A stretch of DNA of 52,963 nucleotides, filler included, from Spirochaetales bacterium (GCA_016928955.1; 2 parts of 2 records of this genome joined end to end with filler, not necessarily neighbours in it), one strand, 5' to 3'. Counted from the first letter of the whole stretch, positions 1-10,277 are shown. The notes: generated by a model not told the origin, from the letters alone. Translations and numbers: made by a program.

Positions 1-8
1 ACCAGAAG

Positions 9-258
9 CCAAATCCCTCAGCGCCCAAAGAAAAGCTCGCCTTAAAAGGCGAGCTTTTCTATTGGTAGGGCGCTCTAGGGATTTGAAGGGCTTGAGCGCG
101 CGCCGCACAGGCGCGAAGAGGCGCCAAGGATGGCGCCGGCAGCGAAAAGCCCCGGGTCGAAGTCCCGAGGCACGAAGCCGAGGGACGGAGACCAAATCCC
201 TCGGGAATAAACCCGAATGGCCTTTGGCCGTTCGGGTTTTATTTTTGTTCCCGAGGGT
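9..258. repeat. Palindromic REP-like / tRNA-end-like composite repeat
   Basis: Two long hairpins (about 9-86 and 192-258) each start with CCAAATCCCTC. Short GC palindromes such as GGCGCCAAGGATGGCGCC lie between them. Confidence 0.55.
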
Positions 259-320
259 GGCTGCTACGCGCCCAAGGCGCAGGATGCGCCGCTCCAGATT
301 CATGGTATACTGTGCCCGAT

Positions 321-1301
321 ATGAAGCGAGTCACCTGGGTCCTGGCCGTGCTGTTCGGTCTTGCCTTCTTAGGTTCCACACTGCTCCACGCCAGCTTGGT
401 CCTTGCGTCGAGAAAAGCCCTGGCGGACATCGTCCTGAATTCGAGCGAGGACGCTCGAGGCGCCCTGTACCATGTGGCCGTGGTTCTGCCCGATACCGAG
501 GACTCTTTTTTTGACGGCCTCGCGGAGGGCATGATAGAAAGCGCCGCCGCCGCCGGCGCCGCCCTGCATTTCATGCGCTATCCTGAGAGCGATCCCGAAC
601 GGGCGGACAGGCACGTGGAGACGGCCATGCGCGCCGGCCTGGACGGCCTGGTCATATACGCGTCGCCTGGCCGCGACTGGGTTCCCCTTGCCGAACGCGC
701 GTCACGCGAGGGGTTGCCCTTCGTGCCGCTTGGACGGGACCCGCCATCGGGCGGCTTGGACGGTTTCATCGGAGCCAGCACCCTGATGCTCGGCCTGGAG
801 GCCGGCAAGATCATCGGGCAGCGGCTAGGAGCCAGCGCGCGGGTGGGCGTGCTCCTGCCGCCGGACGGGCGCTCCGGTTACGCTGACGAGCCCCTGTACC
901 GGGGCGTGGCCGCGTCGCTATCGGCGTACGGAAGCTCGCTCGTGGTGGCTGCCCAGCGCGCGGGGCGCGGCGTGCTGTCCGGCGAGGAGGCGGCGTCGTC
1001 CATGCTCCGCTCCGATCCGTCCATCAACGCCATCGTGTGCACCAGCTCGGCAGACACGGTCGGCGCCGCCCAGGCTGTCATAGACATGAACCGCGTGGGC
1101 AAAGTGCTGATCGTGGGCGCCGACGAGACGCCGGACATAGCCCGTTACCTGGAGCGAGGCGTCCTGGCCGCCAGCCTGGTTGTGGATTCGCGCTGGATGG
1201 GCGGGCAGGCCATGGCCGCTTTCTCTCGGATCAGGGCAGGCGGCAGGCCGGGCGACGCGGTGGAGGCCGGCTTCTCGGCCAGGCAGGGGGCGCGGCCGTG
1301 A
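321..1301 (+). CDS. Membrane-anchored periplasmic sugar-binding protein (Peripla_BP type 1, XylFII-like sensor)
   Basis: N-terminal hydrophobic anchor and RbsB-like motifs (GAAQAVIDMNRVGKVLIVGAD). Its stop overlaps the kinase start (GTGA). Confidence 0.8.
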   Translation: MKRVTWVLAVLFGLAFLGSTLLHASLVLASRKALADIVLNSSEDARGALYHVAVVLPDTEDSFFDGLAEGMIESAAAAGAALHFMRYPESDPERADRHVETAMRAGLDGLVIYASPGRDWVPLAERASREGLPFVPLGRDPPSGGLDGFIGASTLMLGLEAGKIIGQRLGASARVGVLLPPDGRSGYADEPLYRGVAASLSAYGSSLVVAAQRAGRGVLSGEEAASSMLRSDPSINAIVCTSSADTVGAAQAVIDMNRVGKVLIVGADETPDIARYLERGVLAASLVVDSRWMGGQAMAAFSRIRAGGRPGDAVEAGFSARQGARP

Positions 1302-2779
1302 TCCCGGGGTCGGTCCGTTCCAAAATCATCATCAATTCCACCGTGGTGCTGCTCATCCTGACCCTGGCCACCCTGTACACGGGCCTGGCGTCCGGCACGC
1401 TGACCCGCTCGGTGGAGGTGCTGTTCCGCAACAACCTGCGCATAGAGGGGTTGGTGGACGCGCTGTCGGCCACGGAGGCCAGCCTGGAGCGCTACCTGAC
1501 CAACAAGGGCTCTGACGACCTGCGGGAATACATCCGGGAGTCTACGCTGCTGGCCGACCGGGCGCGCGTATTGGACAGGCGGGTGGTGGACAATCCCACA
1601 GCGCTCCAGCTCAGGCTCCTGGCCGGACTGGTTGACCGTTTTCTGGCCGACGCCGGAGCGGCGGTGGAGGCAAAGCGGGGCCGGGACGTGGCAGCGTACG
1701 CGCTCAGCTTTGACGAGGCGAGCCTGGACGCGGAGCTTGCCCGGGAGGCGGCCGGCGCGCTGGAAGGCTCGTACGTGTCCGACTCACTGAAGGCCTTTGA
1801 CTCGTTCCGCGCGGGGATATCGGCCACGCTGGCGTCCAACGCGGCCCTGGTGCTTGCCGCTACGCTTCTGTCCTTCACCATCCTGGTGCGCTATACCTTC
1901 CGTCTGACCGAACCGCTGACGCGACTGGCTGAAGCCGCCCGGGCCGTGGGCCGCGGCGAATACGACCATGAGCTGCCAGCCATACCCGGCGGCGACGAGA
2001 TAGCAACCACGGCCGCGGCGTTCTCCAGCATGGTGCGGAGCGTGCAGGCGGCCTTCCACGAGCTTCGGTCCAAGGCCCAGATAGAGAAGAGCCTGATGGA
2101 AGAGCGCGTGCGCCTACTGGATCTGGACCACAAGCTCAAGGACGCCGAGCTGTTGGCCCTGCAGACGCAGATCAACCCGCACTTTCTCTTCAACACGCTG
2201 TCTGCCGGCCAGCAGCTGGCCCTAACGGAGGACGCTTCCCGGACGGTGGACTTTCTAGAGAACCTGGCCGCCTTCATCCGCTACACCCTGAAAACGCCGG
2301 CCCGGTCCGTGTTCATACGCGACGAGCTTGAGTGCACGGAGCGCTACATGTGGCTTCTCCGCCTTCGGTTCGGCCAGCGCTTCTCCTTCCGCGTGGATGC
2401 TGACCAGGAGGCGCTCGGCGTGCGGACGCCAGCGCTCATCATCCAGCCGCTGGTGGAGAACGCCGTCACGCACGGCCTGCGGAACAGGGAGGCAGGCGGC
2501 GTGGTTACCGTCAAGGTGACCGGTACCGACACGGAGGCGCGCATAGACGTGAGCGACACCGGAGACGGCATGACGCCAGCCGACCTGGACAGGATACTGT
2601 CTGAAGCCGAGGACCCGTCCCTGGACTCCGGCGCGCTGGAGGGCGGCATAGGCCTGAAAAACGTGATACGCCGCGTCAGCCTTGCTACCGGCGGGGCCGG
2701 CAGGGTGGAAATACGGAGCGAGCCGGGAGCGGGCACTACCGTGTCCGTCTTCCTGCCCGCCTTTGGGGGCGACGCATGA
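1298..2779 (+). CDS. LytS/YesM-family sensor histidine kinase
   Basis: Two TMs, HAMP, LQTQINPHFLFNTL H-box, QPLVENAVTHG, DTGDG, GIGLKNV. GTG start at 1298 inferred from the overlap. Confidence 0.92.
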   Translation: MIPGSVRSKIIINSTVVLLILTLATLYTGLASGTLTRSVEVLFRNNLRIEGLVDALSATEASLERYLTNKGSDDLREYIRESTLLADRARVLDRRVVDNPTALQLRLLAGLVDRFLADAGAAVEAKRGRDVAAYALSFDEASLDAELAREAAGALEGSYVSDSLKAFDSFRAGISATLASNAALVLAATLLSFTILVRYTFRLTEPLTRLAEAARAVGRGEYDHELPAIPGGDEIATTAAAFSSMVRSVQAAFHELRSKAQIEKSLMEERVRLLDLDHKLKDAELLALQTQINPHFLFNTLSAGQQLALTEDASRTVDFLENLAAFIRYTLKTPARSVFIRDELECTERYMWLLRLRFGQRFSFRVDADQEALGVRTPALIIQPLVENAVTHGLRNREAGGVVTVKVTGTDTEARIDVSDTGDGMTPADLDRILSEAEDPSLDSGALEGGIGLKNVIRRVSLATGGAGRVEIRSEPGAGTTVSVFLPAFGGDA

Positions 2780-4326
2780 TGCGCGTGCTTGTGGTGGACG
2801 ACGAGCAGCCGGTGGTGGACGGCCTCTGCCACCTGATAGGCAAGGATGAGTCCGGAGACTTCCAGGTGGTAGGCCAGGCACGCTCGGGCCGCGAGGCGGT
2901 GGACAAGGCCCGCGCCCTGTCGCCTGATATCATGCTGTTGGACGTGAACATGCCGGGCCTGTCCGGCCTGGATGCCGCGCGTGAGATCCGGAAGCGGGGC
3001 GATATGCCCGTGTTCATCCTGGTCACCGCGTACGAGCGCTTCGACATAGCCCTGGAGGCCGTGCAGCTGGGCATCGTCGACTATCTTCTGAAACCGGTGC
3101 AGAAATCCAAGCTTGCCGAGGCGCTGGCCAAGGCGGCAGACCTGGTGCGCAAGCGGGCCGAGAGCGAGCGCGGTGAGCTGGAGCGCCGTGAGGCAGAGGA
3201 CCGCCTCCTGCCCCTGGCACGGCACGGTGTTTTGCGCGCCCTCATGATGGGCGAGGGCACGGGGCCGGCCTTTGCCGACGCGTTGGGACAGGTGGGCTGG
3301 ACGGCGCCCTGGTGCCTGGCCGCAGTGCTGTCCTTCCAGCCGCCCGCGGGTTGCACGGACCGAGACGACTGGGCCAGGAGCGCCTACGGGCAGGCGGCCA
3401 GCCTGATCGAATACAAGGCGGGCGCAATGCTCGGTCCCCTGTCCGGCACCCTGTGCGCGGCCTTGGCTCCCTTGTCCGGGCTTGCCGACGCCGGTCGGGC
3501 GGAGGCCGTGGTATCCGACGCCCTGGCGCCGGTGCTGGACTCGGGGCGCGTGCGTCTGGCCTTTGGGCCGCCGGAGCTGGTAGCCGAGGCGTCCGAGTCG
3601 TACCGTGTGGCCCTGTCCCTGCTGTCGGGGGATGGCGCGTCGGTAAGGCCCGCGGAGGACGGCCCGGAACCGGGTGCCGGGAGCTGGGATTTCGAGGCTG
3701 ATTTTCTGGACGGCCTCAGGGCCGGCAGCGTCGAAAAAGCCAGGCTCGCGCTGGAGAGCGTCCTCCCGCCGGCCGGTGTTCCCGTGGGTTCGGCCCTGCG
3801 CTCCAGGCTGGCGGGGGCCCTGTCCGTGGCCTACGCTGACCTGGCCAGACGGGGGCTCATGGACGACGCCAGCGCCCTGGCTGCCCTGGACCTGGGCGGA
3901 GTGGCGGGAGCCGCGGACACGGCCGCCCTTGCCGCGGCCGTGCGAACCCGCTTTGCAGAGCTGGGCGCGGCGGCCACAAGGGGGCCCAGGCGCTCGCGGG
4001 CGGTGGCCGCAGCCCTGGACTATATAACGGCCAATTTTTCGTCGCCGCTGTCCTTGGAGTCAACGGCCAGCGCGGCGGGAGTGTCGCCCGGGCACCTGTC
4101 CAGGCTGTTCACCGACGAGCTCGGAATGGGCTTCACGGATTACCTGATAGACGCGCGGATACGCCGGGCCCGGGAGCTTTTGTCCGAGCCCGGGGCGTCG
4201 GTCAAGGAGGTCAGCATGGCCTGCGGCTACTCCGACCCGAATTACTTTTCCAGGCTGTTCAAGAAGGTATGCGGACTGTCGCCCACGGCCTACGCGGCGG
4301 GCATACGGGAGGAAACCGATGACTAA
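2776..4326 (+). CDS. YesN-like response regulator (REC + AraC HTH)
   Basis: LVVDDE/LLDVNMP/YLLKP receiver motifs and C-terminal AraC motif GYSDPNYFSRLFKK. Confidence 0.93.
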   Translation: MMRVLVVDDEQPVVDGLCHLIGKDESGDFQVVGQARSGREAVDKARALSPDIMLLDVNMPGLSGLDAAREIRKRGDMPVFILVTAYERFDIALEAVQLGIVDYLLKPVQKSKLAEALAKAADLVRKRAESERGELERREAEDRLLPLARHGVLRALMMGEGTGPAFADALGQVGWTAPWCLAAVLSFQPPAGCTDRDDWARSAYGQAASLIEYKAGAMLGPLSGTLCAALAPLSGLADAGRAEAVVSDALAPVLDSGRVRLAFGPPELVAEASESYRVALSLLSGDGASVRPAEDGPEPGAGSWDFEADFLDGLRAGSVEKARLALESVLPPAGVPVGSALRSRLAGALSVAYADLARRGLMDDASALAALDLGGVAGAADTAALAAAVRTRFAELGAAATRGPRRSRAVAAALDYITANFSSPLSLESTASAAGVSPGHLSRLFTDELGMGFTDYLIDARIRRARELLSEPGASVKEVSMACGYSDPNYFSRLFKKVCGLSPTAYAAGIREETDD

Positions 4327-5359
4327 ATGGACGCGCTGTTCGCGCGGCGCGCTGGTCTTGCTCGCCGCGGCCGTTCTCGCGTCGGCCTGCGACAAGTCGA
4401 GCGAGCGCGACGATTCCGACCGGCGGCCCCTGATCGGCCTGTCCATGGACTCGCTGGTGGTCGAGCGCTGGCGGCGGGACATGGACGCTTTTGTGTCGTC
4501 CGCGCGCGACCTGGGCGCTGAGGTAGAGATCCGGGTGGCGGACCAGGATCCGGCGGTGCAGGAGCGCCAGGTGCGCGAGCTGTCCGAGCTCGGCGTGGAC
4601 GTCCTGGTGATCGTGCCGAACGACGCAGACCTCCTGGCCGCGGCCGTGCGCGAGGTCAGGGCCAAGGGCATACCGGTGCTCAGCTACGACCGCCTGGTGA
4701 GGAACGCGGGGGTCGACCTGTATGTGTCGTTCGACAACCAGCGCGTCGGCTACCTCATAGCGTCGTCCATAGCCAAAACCCGGCCGGACGGCCGCTGGGT
4801 GGTCATCAACGGCCCAAAGGCGGACAACAACGCCCTTCTCCTCAACGCCGGCATGCACGCGGTGATCGATCCCTTGGTAGCGTCCGGATCGGTCGAGCTG
4901 GCGGCCGAGATATGGCTGGACGCCTGGGATTCGGGCCAGGCGCGGGCGGCCTTTGACGCCCTTCTGGCGTCCGGCCAGGGCGTGGACGCGGTGGCCGTGG
5001 GCAACGACATGCTGGCCGAGGCGGCCATCGGGGTGCTGTCCGAGTACCGCCTGGCAGGCAGCGTGCCCGTGGCAGGGCAGGACGCCGACCTGGCAGCCTG
5101 CCAGCGCATAGCCGAGGGGCTCCAGACGGCCACCGTGTACAAGCCCATAGAGCGTTTGGCCCTGACCGCTGCCGGTTTTGCCGTGATGCTGGCCCGGGGC
5201 GAAGAAGTCAGCACGGACTCCTTCATATCAGACGGACAGGACAAGGTTCCCTTCATACGCCTGGAGCCCATCCTGGTCACCCGGGACACGCTCAGGTCAA
5301 CGGTCATAGCTGACGGCTTCCATACGGAGGAGGACGTGTTCAGAAACGCCGCCGACTGA
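4319..5359 (+). CDS. XylF-like sugar-binding lipoprotein
   Basis: Lipobox LASAC; ERWRRD, SYDRL, SFDN, GQDAD, TVYKP motifs. Confidence 0.88.
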   Translation: MTKWTRCSRGALVLLAAAVLASACDKSSERDDSDRRPLIGLSMDSLVVERWRRDMDAFVSSARDLGAEVEIRVADQDPAVQERQVRELSELGVDVLVIVPNDADLLAAAVREVRAKGIPVLSYDRLVRNAGVDLYVSFDNQRVGYLIASSIAKTRPDGRWVVINGPKADNNALLLNAGMHAVIDPLVASGSVELAAEIWLDAWDSGQARAAFDALLASGQGVDAVAVGNDMLAEAAIGVLSEYRLAGSVPVAGQDADLAACQRIAEGLQTATVYKPIERLALTAAGFAVMLARGEEVSTDSFISDGQDKVPFIRLEPILVTRDTLRSTVIADGFHTEEDVFRNAAD

Positions 5360-5546
5360 GGGCTGATCTGGACTATTCTTGCGCTGCCCGCGTTCGAAAA
5401 GTGCTAGTGGCCGGGTCCCGCCCATCCGCCCTCGGCTCAATGCAGACGAAAGCGCTAACATTCCTGATGACCCGCATCCTATAAGCCCCCATACTCTGCT
5501 CAAGGCGGCGTGGCCGCCAATCGCACACCGTATCGGAGGCAACCAG

Positions 5547-6641
5547 ATGAAACGTGGTATCGCGTTGTTCATGGTTCTCGCGCTTTCCGCCATCGCGGCG
5601 GTCAATGCCTTTGCCCAGGGCGCCCTGCCCGTGGGCATCGTGCTCCCCACCAAGGACGAGCCCCGCTGGCTCCAGGACGAGGCCCGCTTCAAGGCAGCCC
5701 TGACGGCCGCCGGCTACAACGTAGAGATCCTGTTCAGCCAGGGCGACTCGGCCAGGGAAAAGGCCAACGTTGAGGCCCTGATCACCAAGGGCATCAAGGT
5801 TCTCATCATCTGCCCGCATGACGGCACCGCCGCCGCCGCGGCCGCCAACGCCGCGCACGCGGCCGGCGTCAAGGTCATATCCTACGACCGCCTGATCCGC
5901 GAAACCGCGTCGGTGGACTACTACGTTACCTTTGACAGCTTTGCCGTGGGCGCCGCCTGGGGCCAGTACCTGGTCGAACAGGCCGGCACCAAGAGGGGCA
6001 ACAACCTCTATCTGTACGCCGGAGCCCTGAGCGACAACAACGCCTTCATCTTCTTCGAAGGCGCCTGGAGCGTGCTCCAGCCCAAGATCGCCGACGGTAC
6101 CTTCATCGTCCGCAACTCCACTGAGGCGCACAACCTCCGCGCCAAGGCCAAGCTGACCCGCGAGGAACTGGCCAAGATCATCGGCCAGGTCACCACCAAC
6201 TGGGACTTCTCCGTGGCCAAGAACAAGGCCATGTCCGACCTGACCAAGGCCAGCACCTCCATGAAGGGCAAGGTGTTCATCGTAGCGCCGAACGACGGCA
6301 CCGCCCGCGCCATCGCGGACGCCTTTGCCGCCGACCGCCGCGTCAGCCAGTACTTCATCACCGGCCAGGACGCCGAGGTCGCGTCCATCCAGTACATCAT
6401 CAACGGCAAGCAGTCCATGACCGTGCTCAAGGACGTCCGCGTCCTGGTGAACGACGCCATAGCCGCGGCCATCGCCTTCCTCAAGGGCGGCACCCCCGAG
6501 AAGACGAACAGCTACAACAACGGCAAGGCGGACGTGCCCGCCAAGCCCTCGGACATCGTCACGGTGACCAGGGACAACGTCAAGGCAGCCATTGTGGACT
6601 CCGGTTACTACCCGATGTCCTACTTCTCCGGCCTGCAGTGA
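5547..6641 (+). CDS. ChvE/XylF-family multiple-sugar ABC substrate-binding protein
   Basis: GGAGG RBS, signal peptide, PTKDEPRW, SYDRLI, APNDGTA, TGQDAE. Confidence 0.92.
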   Translation: MKRGIALFMVLALSAIAAVNAFAQGALPVGIVLPTKDEPRWLQDEARFKAALTAAGYNVEILFSQGDSAREKANVEALITKGIKVLIICPHDGTAAAAAANAAHAAGVKVISYDRLIRETASVDYYVTFDSFAVGAAWGQYLVEQAGTKRGNNLYLYAGALSDNNAFIFFEGAWSVLQPKIADGTFIVRNSTEAHNLRAKAKLTREELAKIIGQVTTNWDFSVAKNKAMSDLTKASTSMKGKVFIVAPNDGTARAIADAFAADRRVSQYFITGQDAEVASIQYIINGKQSMTVLKDVRVLVNDAIAAAIAFLKGGTPEKTNSYNNGKADVPAKPSDIVTVTRDNVKAAIVDSGYYPMSYFSGLQ

Positions 6642-6650
6642 TAGGCTGAT

Positions 6651-6719
6651 CCGGCCGCCGCGCATCAAGGCGGCCGGTTTCATCGTGGCAGGCCGGACCG
6701 GGCGCTACCCGGCCCGGCC
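6651..6719 (+). promoter_or_regulatory. Two intercistronic GC stem-loops after the binding-protein gene (probable mRNA stabiliser or attenuator)
   Basis: CCGGCCGCC...GGCGGCCGG and GGCCGG-CCGGG...CCCGG-CCGGCC inverted repeats. Confidence 0.5.
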
Positions 6720-6773
6720 TGCGCTTGCCCCGCGCACGCGGGACGCAAGACGCTCGCAAAGGCCAGGGACGAC

Positions 6774-8297
6774 ATGAGTCAACAAGCAATTCTGGAAATG
6801 CGTTCCATCACCAAAAACTTCCCGGGCGTAAAGGCCCTTTCGGACGTCAGCTTTTCCGTGGCGCCGGGAGAGATCCACTGCCTGGTGGGGGAGAACGGGG
6901 CCGGCAAGTCCACGCTGATGAAAGTCCTGAGCGGCGTGTACCCCCACGGCACCTTCGAGGGCGACATCGTGTACAACGGCACGCCCCAGCGCTTCCGCGG
7001 CATAGCGGACAGCGAGAAAGCCGGCATCGCCATCATATACCAGGAACTTGCCCTGGTCCCCGAGATGACGGTGTACGAGAATATCCTGCTCGGCAACGAG
7101 ATACGCCGAGGTCTTCGCATAGACTGGAACGAAACCATCAAGCGGGCCAAAGAGGCCCTGGCGCGGGTCAAGCTGGACGTGGACCCCGAGGCCAAGGTCA
7201 AGGACCTGGGCGTGGGCAAGCAACAGCTGGTGGAGATAGCCAAGGCCCTCAGTCGCGACGCCAAGCTCCTCATACTGGACGAGCCCACCGCCGCCCTCAA
7301 CGAGAGCGACTGCGACAACCTGCTGGAGATCATTCAGGGACTCAAGCGCCACGGCGTGACGTCCATCATGATATCGCACAAGCTCAAGGAAGTGATCCGT
7401 ATCGCGGATACCGTAACGGTGCTCCGCGACGGTAAAACCATATGCACCCTGTCGGCTGGGCGCGGCGAGGTGACCGAGCCGGCCCTGATCAATCACATGG
7501 TCGGCCGCGAGATCGATGATGTGTTCCCCAAGCGCGCCCATGTCCGCTCGGACGAGGTCGTGTTCGAGGCCAAGGGCTGGAACGCGTACGATCCCAAGCT
7601 CGGGCGGGCCGTCCTCCGGGACGTGTCGTTCAACGTCAAGCGCGGCGAGATCGTGGGCTTTGCCGGCCTCATGGGCTCCGGCCGCACCGAGCTGGCGCGC
7701 TCGCTGTTCGGCAACCCGGACGGCTACCGCGTGAGCGGCGAGCTGTACCTGGAGGGAAAGAGCGCGCGCTTTGACTCGCCCACTGCCGCCATCCGCTCCG
7801 GCCTGGCGTACGCCACTGAGGACCGCAAGGGCAACGGCCTGGTACTCATACAGGACGTCAGGCAGAACATCACCCTGGCCAATCTCCGGGCCCTGGCCGC
7901 CCGCGGCGTGATTGACGAGAACGCCGAGATCAAGGTGGCCAACCAGTACCGCGAGTCCCTGCACATCAAGACGCCCAGCATAGACCAGAAGGTGGTCAAC
8001 CTGTCAGGCGGCAACCAGCAGAAGGTGTCCGTGGCCAAGTGGCTGTATGCCGGCCCGCGCCTTCTCATACTGGACGAGCCGACCCGCGGCATAGACGTGG
8101 GCGCCAAATACGAAATTTACACCATCATGAACGGCCTCGTGGAACGGGGCATGAGCATCATCATGATCTCTTCCGAACTGCCTGAGGTGCTCGGCATGAG
8201 CGACCGCGTGTACGTTGTCTCCCAGGGACGCGTCACCGGCGAGCTGCCCGTGGCCGAGGCCGACCAGGAAACGATCATGCGCATGGCCACGAGCTAG
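6774..8297 (+). CDS. Monosaccharide ABC transporter ATPase (XylG/GguA type)
   Basis: GENGAGKST, LDEPT twice, LSGGNQQK. Confidence 0.96.
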   Translation: MSQQAILEMRSITKNFPGVKALSDVSFSVAPGEIHCLVGENGAGKSTLMKVLSGVYPHGTFEGDIVYNGTPQRFRGIADSEKAGIAIIYQELALVPEMTVYENILLGNEIRRGLRIDWNETIKRAKEALARVKLDVDPEAKVKDLGVGKQQLVEIAKALSRDAKLLILDEPTAALNESDCDNLLEIIQGLKRHGVTSIMISHKLKEVIRIADTVTVLRDGKTICTLSAGRGEVTEPALINHMVGREIDDVFPKRAHVRSDEVVFEAKGWNAYDPKLGRAVLRDVSFNVKRGEIVGFAGLMGSGRTELARSLFGNPDGYRVSGELYLEGKSARFDSPTAAIRSGLAYATEDRKGNGLVLIQDVRQNITLANLRALAARGVIDENAEIKVANQYRESLHIKTPSIDQKVVNLSGGNQQKVSVAKWLYAGPRLLILDEPTRGIDVGAKYEIYTIMNGLVERGMSIIMISSELPEVLGMSDRVYVVSQGRVTGELPVAEADQETIMRMATS

Positions 8298-8308
8298 GAG
8301 GTCGTCCA

Positions 8309-9493
8309 ATGCTGTTTAAGGATCTTAAGAAGGCGCTCGGCGCGAATGTGCGCGACTACGGCATGTTCATCGCGCTCTTCGTCATCATGGCGTTCTTCAC
8401 CATCACCACCAAGGGCCTGTTCATATCGTCGCAGAACATATCGAACCTCCTGAACCAGACAGGCTACATAGCCGTGCTGGCCGTGGGCATGACCCTGGTC
8501 ATCGTGGTGCGGCACATAGACCTGTCCGTGGGCTTTTTGGCCGGCTTCCTGGGCGCCGTTGGCGCCATAGGCCTGTCTGCCTGGCATCTGCCCGCCTTCG
8601 TGGTCATACCCATGGTGCTGGCCCTGGGCGTGCTGGCGGGGCTCGCAACGGCGTTCCTGGTGGCCAAGCTGGGCATACCGTCCTTTGTTGCGTCCCTGGC
8701 CGGCTGGCTCATCTACCGCGGCGCCCTGCTTCTGGTGACGCGCAAGGCCGGTACCATCATCATTGACAACCCGACCTTCAACGCCATAGGCAACGGGTAC
8801 ATACCCGACATCTTTCCGGAGTTCATGCTGTTTGAGGGCATGCACAAGCTGACCCTGCTCCTCGGCATGGTGGCCGTGGTGTGGTTCGTGCTCAAGTCCC
8901 TGCGGGACCGCAAGAACAAGCAAGCGTACGGCTTTGACGTCTTGCCCACCGGCGTGTTCGTCATCAAGCTCGTGTTCATATCCTTGATACTCCTGGCCAT
9001 CGTGTGGAACCTGGCAGGATACAACGGACTGTCATGGACCATGGTGATCGTGCTGGCGGTGGTGTTCATCTACGACTTTGTGACCAGGCACACGGTGCTG
9101 GGCCGCCATATTTACGCAGTGGGCGGCAACCCCGAGGCGGCCGAGCTGTCCGGCATCAGCGTGAAAAAGATCGTGTTCACCGTGTTCGCCTCCATGGGCA
9201 TGCTGTCCGCCCTTTCGGGCATCCTCTTCTCTTCGTACCTGGCCTCGGCCAGCCCGCAGGCGGGCACCTTGTTCGAGCTGGACGCCATTGCGGCCGCGTA
9301 CATAGGCGGCGTGTCGGCTGCCGGCGGCGTGGGCAAGGTGACCGGGTCCCTGATAGGCGCCATCGTGTACATGACCCTGACCAGCGGCATGAACCTGATG
9401 GGCACGGACATGGCCCTGCAGTACGTGGTGCGCGGCGCCGTGTTGGCCTTGGCCGTGATCTTTGACGTGCAGACCCGCAAGGTCCGCCGTTGA
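8309..9493 (+). CDS. Monosaccharide ABC transporter permease (XylH/GguB type)
   Basis: HIDLSVG, GRHIYAVGGNPEAAELSGI, ELDAIAA; multiple TMs. Confidence 0.95.
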   Translation: MLFKDLKKALGANVRDYGMFIALFVIMAFFTITTKGLFISSQNISNLLNQTGYIAVLAVGMTLVIVVRHIDLSVGFLAGFLGAVGAIGLSAWHLPAFVVIPMVLALGVLAGLATAFLVAKLGIPSFVASLAGWLIYRGALLLVTRKAGTIIIDNPTFNAIGNGYIPDIFPEFMLFEGMHKLTLLLGMVAVVWFVLKSLRDRKNKQAYGFDVLPTGVFVIKLVFISLILLAIVWNLAGYNGLSWTMVIVLAVVFIYDFVTRHTVLGRHIYAVGGNPEAAELSGISVKKIVFTVFASMGMLSALSGILFSSYLASASPQAGTLFELDAIAAAYIGGVSAAGGVGKVTGSLIGAIVYMTLTSGMNLMGTDMALQYVVRGAVLALAVIFDVQTRKVRR

Positions 9494-9607
9494 CGTAATA
9501 CTAAACGGGTGCCGGGGCGGCACGGGATGCCCGCGGTACCCGAGCGTGGGATAGGTACAAAAGTGGCATGGGCCGGCGGCTGTGCGGAGCCGGCGGTTCC
9601 TCTCTCT

Positions 9608-9645
9608 CAGGCGGCGCGCCCCTCCACGCGCCGCCTGTTTTTTTT
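9608..9645 (+). terminator. Intrinsic terminator of the sugar operon
   Basis: Perfect 11-bp stem CAGGCGGCGCG/CGCGCCGCCTG followed by T8. Confidence 0.85.
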
Positions 9646-9719
9646 GGGGCTACCGGACCCTGCGGCGCGTATCTGCCGGGGCCGGCTTGTAGGTAGCCAT
9701 GCATCCCTCCTGTGCGAGC

Positions 9720-10277
9720 TTACACCTTGAGTAGGAAGCGGACGCCGCGCGCCGCGTAATACGATTCCGCCCCGTTGTGGTACACGAACACCCGATCGTA
9801 GCGCCGGTCGCCGAACAGGGCACCGCCCAGGGCGCGCATAGCAGGCGGCGTCCTGAGCCAGGTGGATGTCTTTTGGTCAAAGGCGCCACGCTCCTGGAGT
9901 ATTCGGTACTCGTCCTCCGACAGAAGCTCGGCGCCGATGGACAGGGCCAGGCCAGCGGCGTTGCCTGCGGGCTTATGCTCTTTCCTGGCTGCCAGAGCCG
10001 CGTCGTCATAACAGAGGCTACGCCTGCCCGAGGGGCTTTCAGCTGAGCAGTCGCAGAAGATGATAGCGCCAGAGTCCGCGTCCGTGCCTATCACGTCGGG
10101 CTCGCCCCCGCTGGCCTCCATGGCGGCCAGGGTGCGCAGGGCGTCAGGGCTGTTTTCAAGTCTGGTACGCGCCTCGTCCCAGTCCATGCCCGGGTGCCTG
10201 GCCATGTTGGCCAGGAAGCGCCCCTTGAGGCTGTCCAAAAGACCGCTCGGGGAATCCAACGATGCCGGTTTTTTCAT
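9720..10277 (-). CDS. DUF4256 family protein
   Basis: Recognised motifs MEASGGEPDV, DCSAESPSGRRSLCYD, HNGAESYYAARG; AAGGAGG RBS. Confidence 0.85.
   Translation of the reverse strand: MKKPASLDSPSGLLDSLKGRFLANMARHPGMDWDEARTRLENSPDALRTLAAMEASGGEPDVIGTDADSGAIIFCDCSAESPSGRRSLCYDDAALAARKEHKPAGNAAGLALSIGAELLSEDEYRILQERGAFDQKTSTWLRTPPAMRALGGALFGDRRYDRVFVYHNGAESYYAARGVRFLLKV

Noticed and set aside
1..90. tRNA gene
   Set aside because: Only a 3'-end-like fragment is present; no D-arm or anticodon arm can be folded.
62..514. 150-aa Arg-rich ORF
   Set aside because: It runs through the palindromic repeat, overlaps the real gene in another frame and has no protein-like features.
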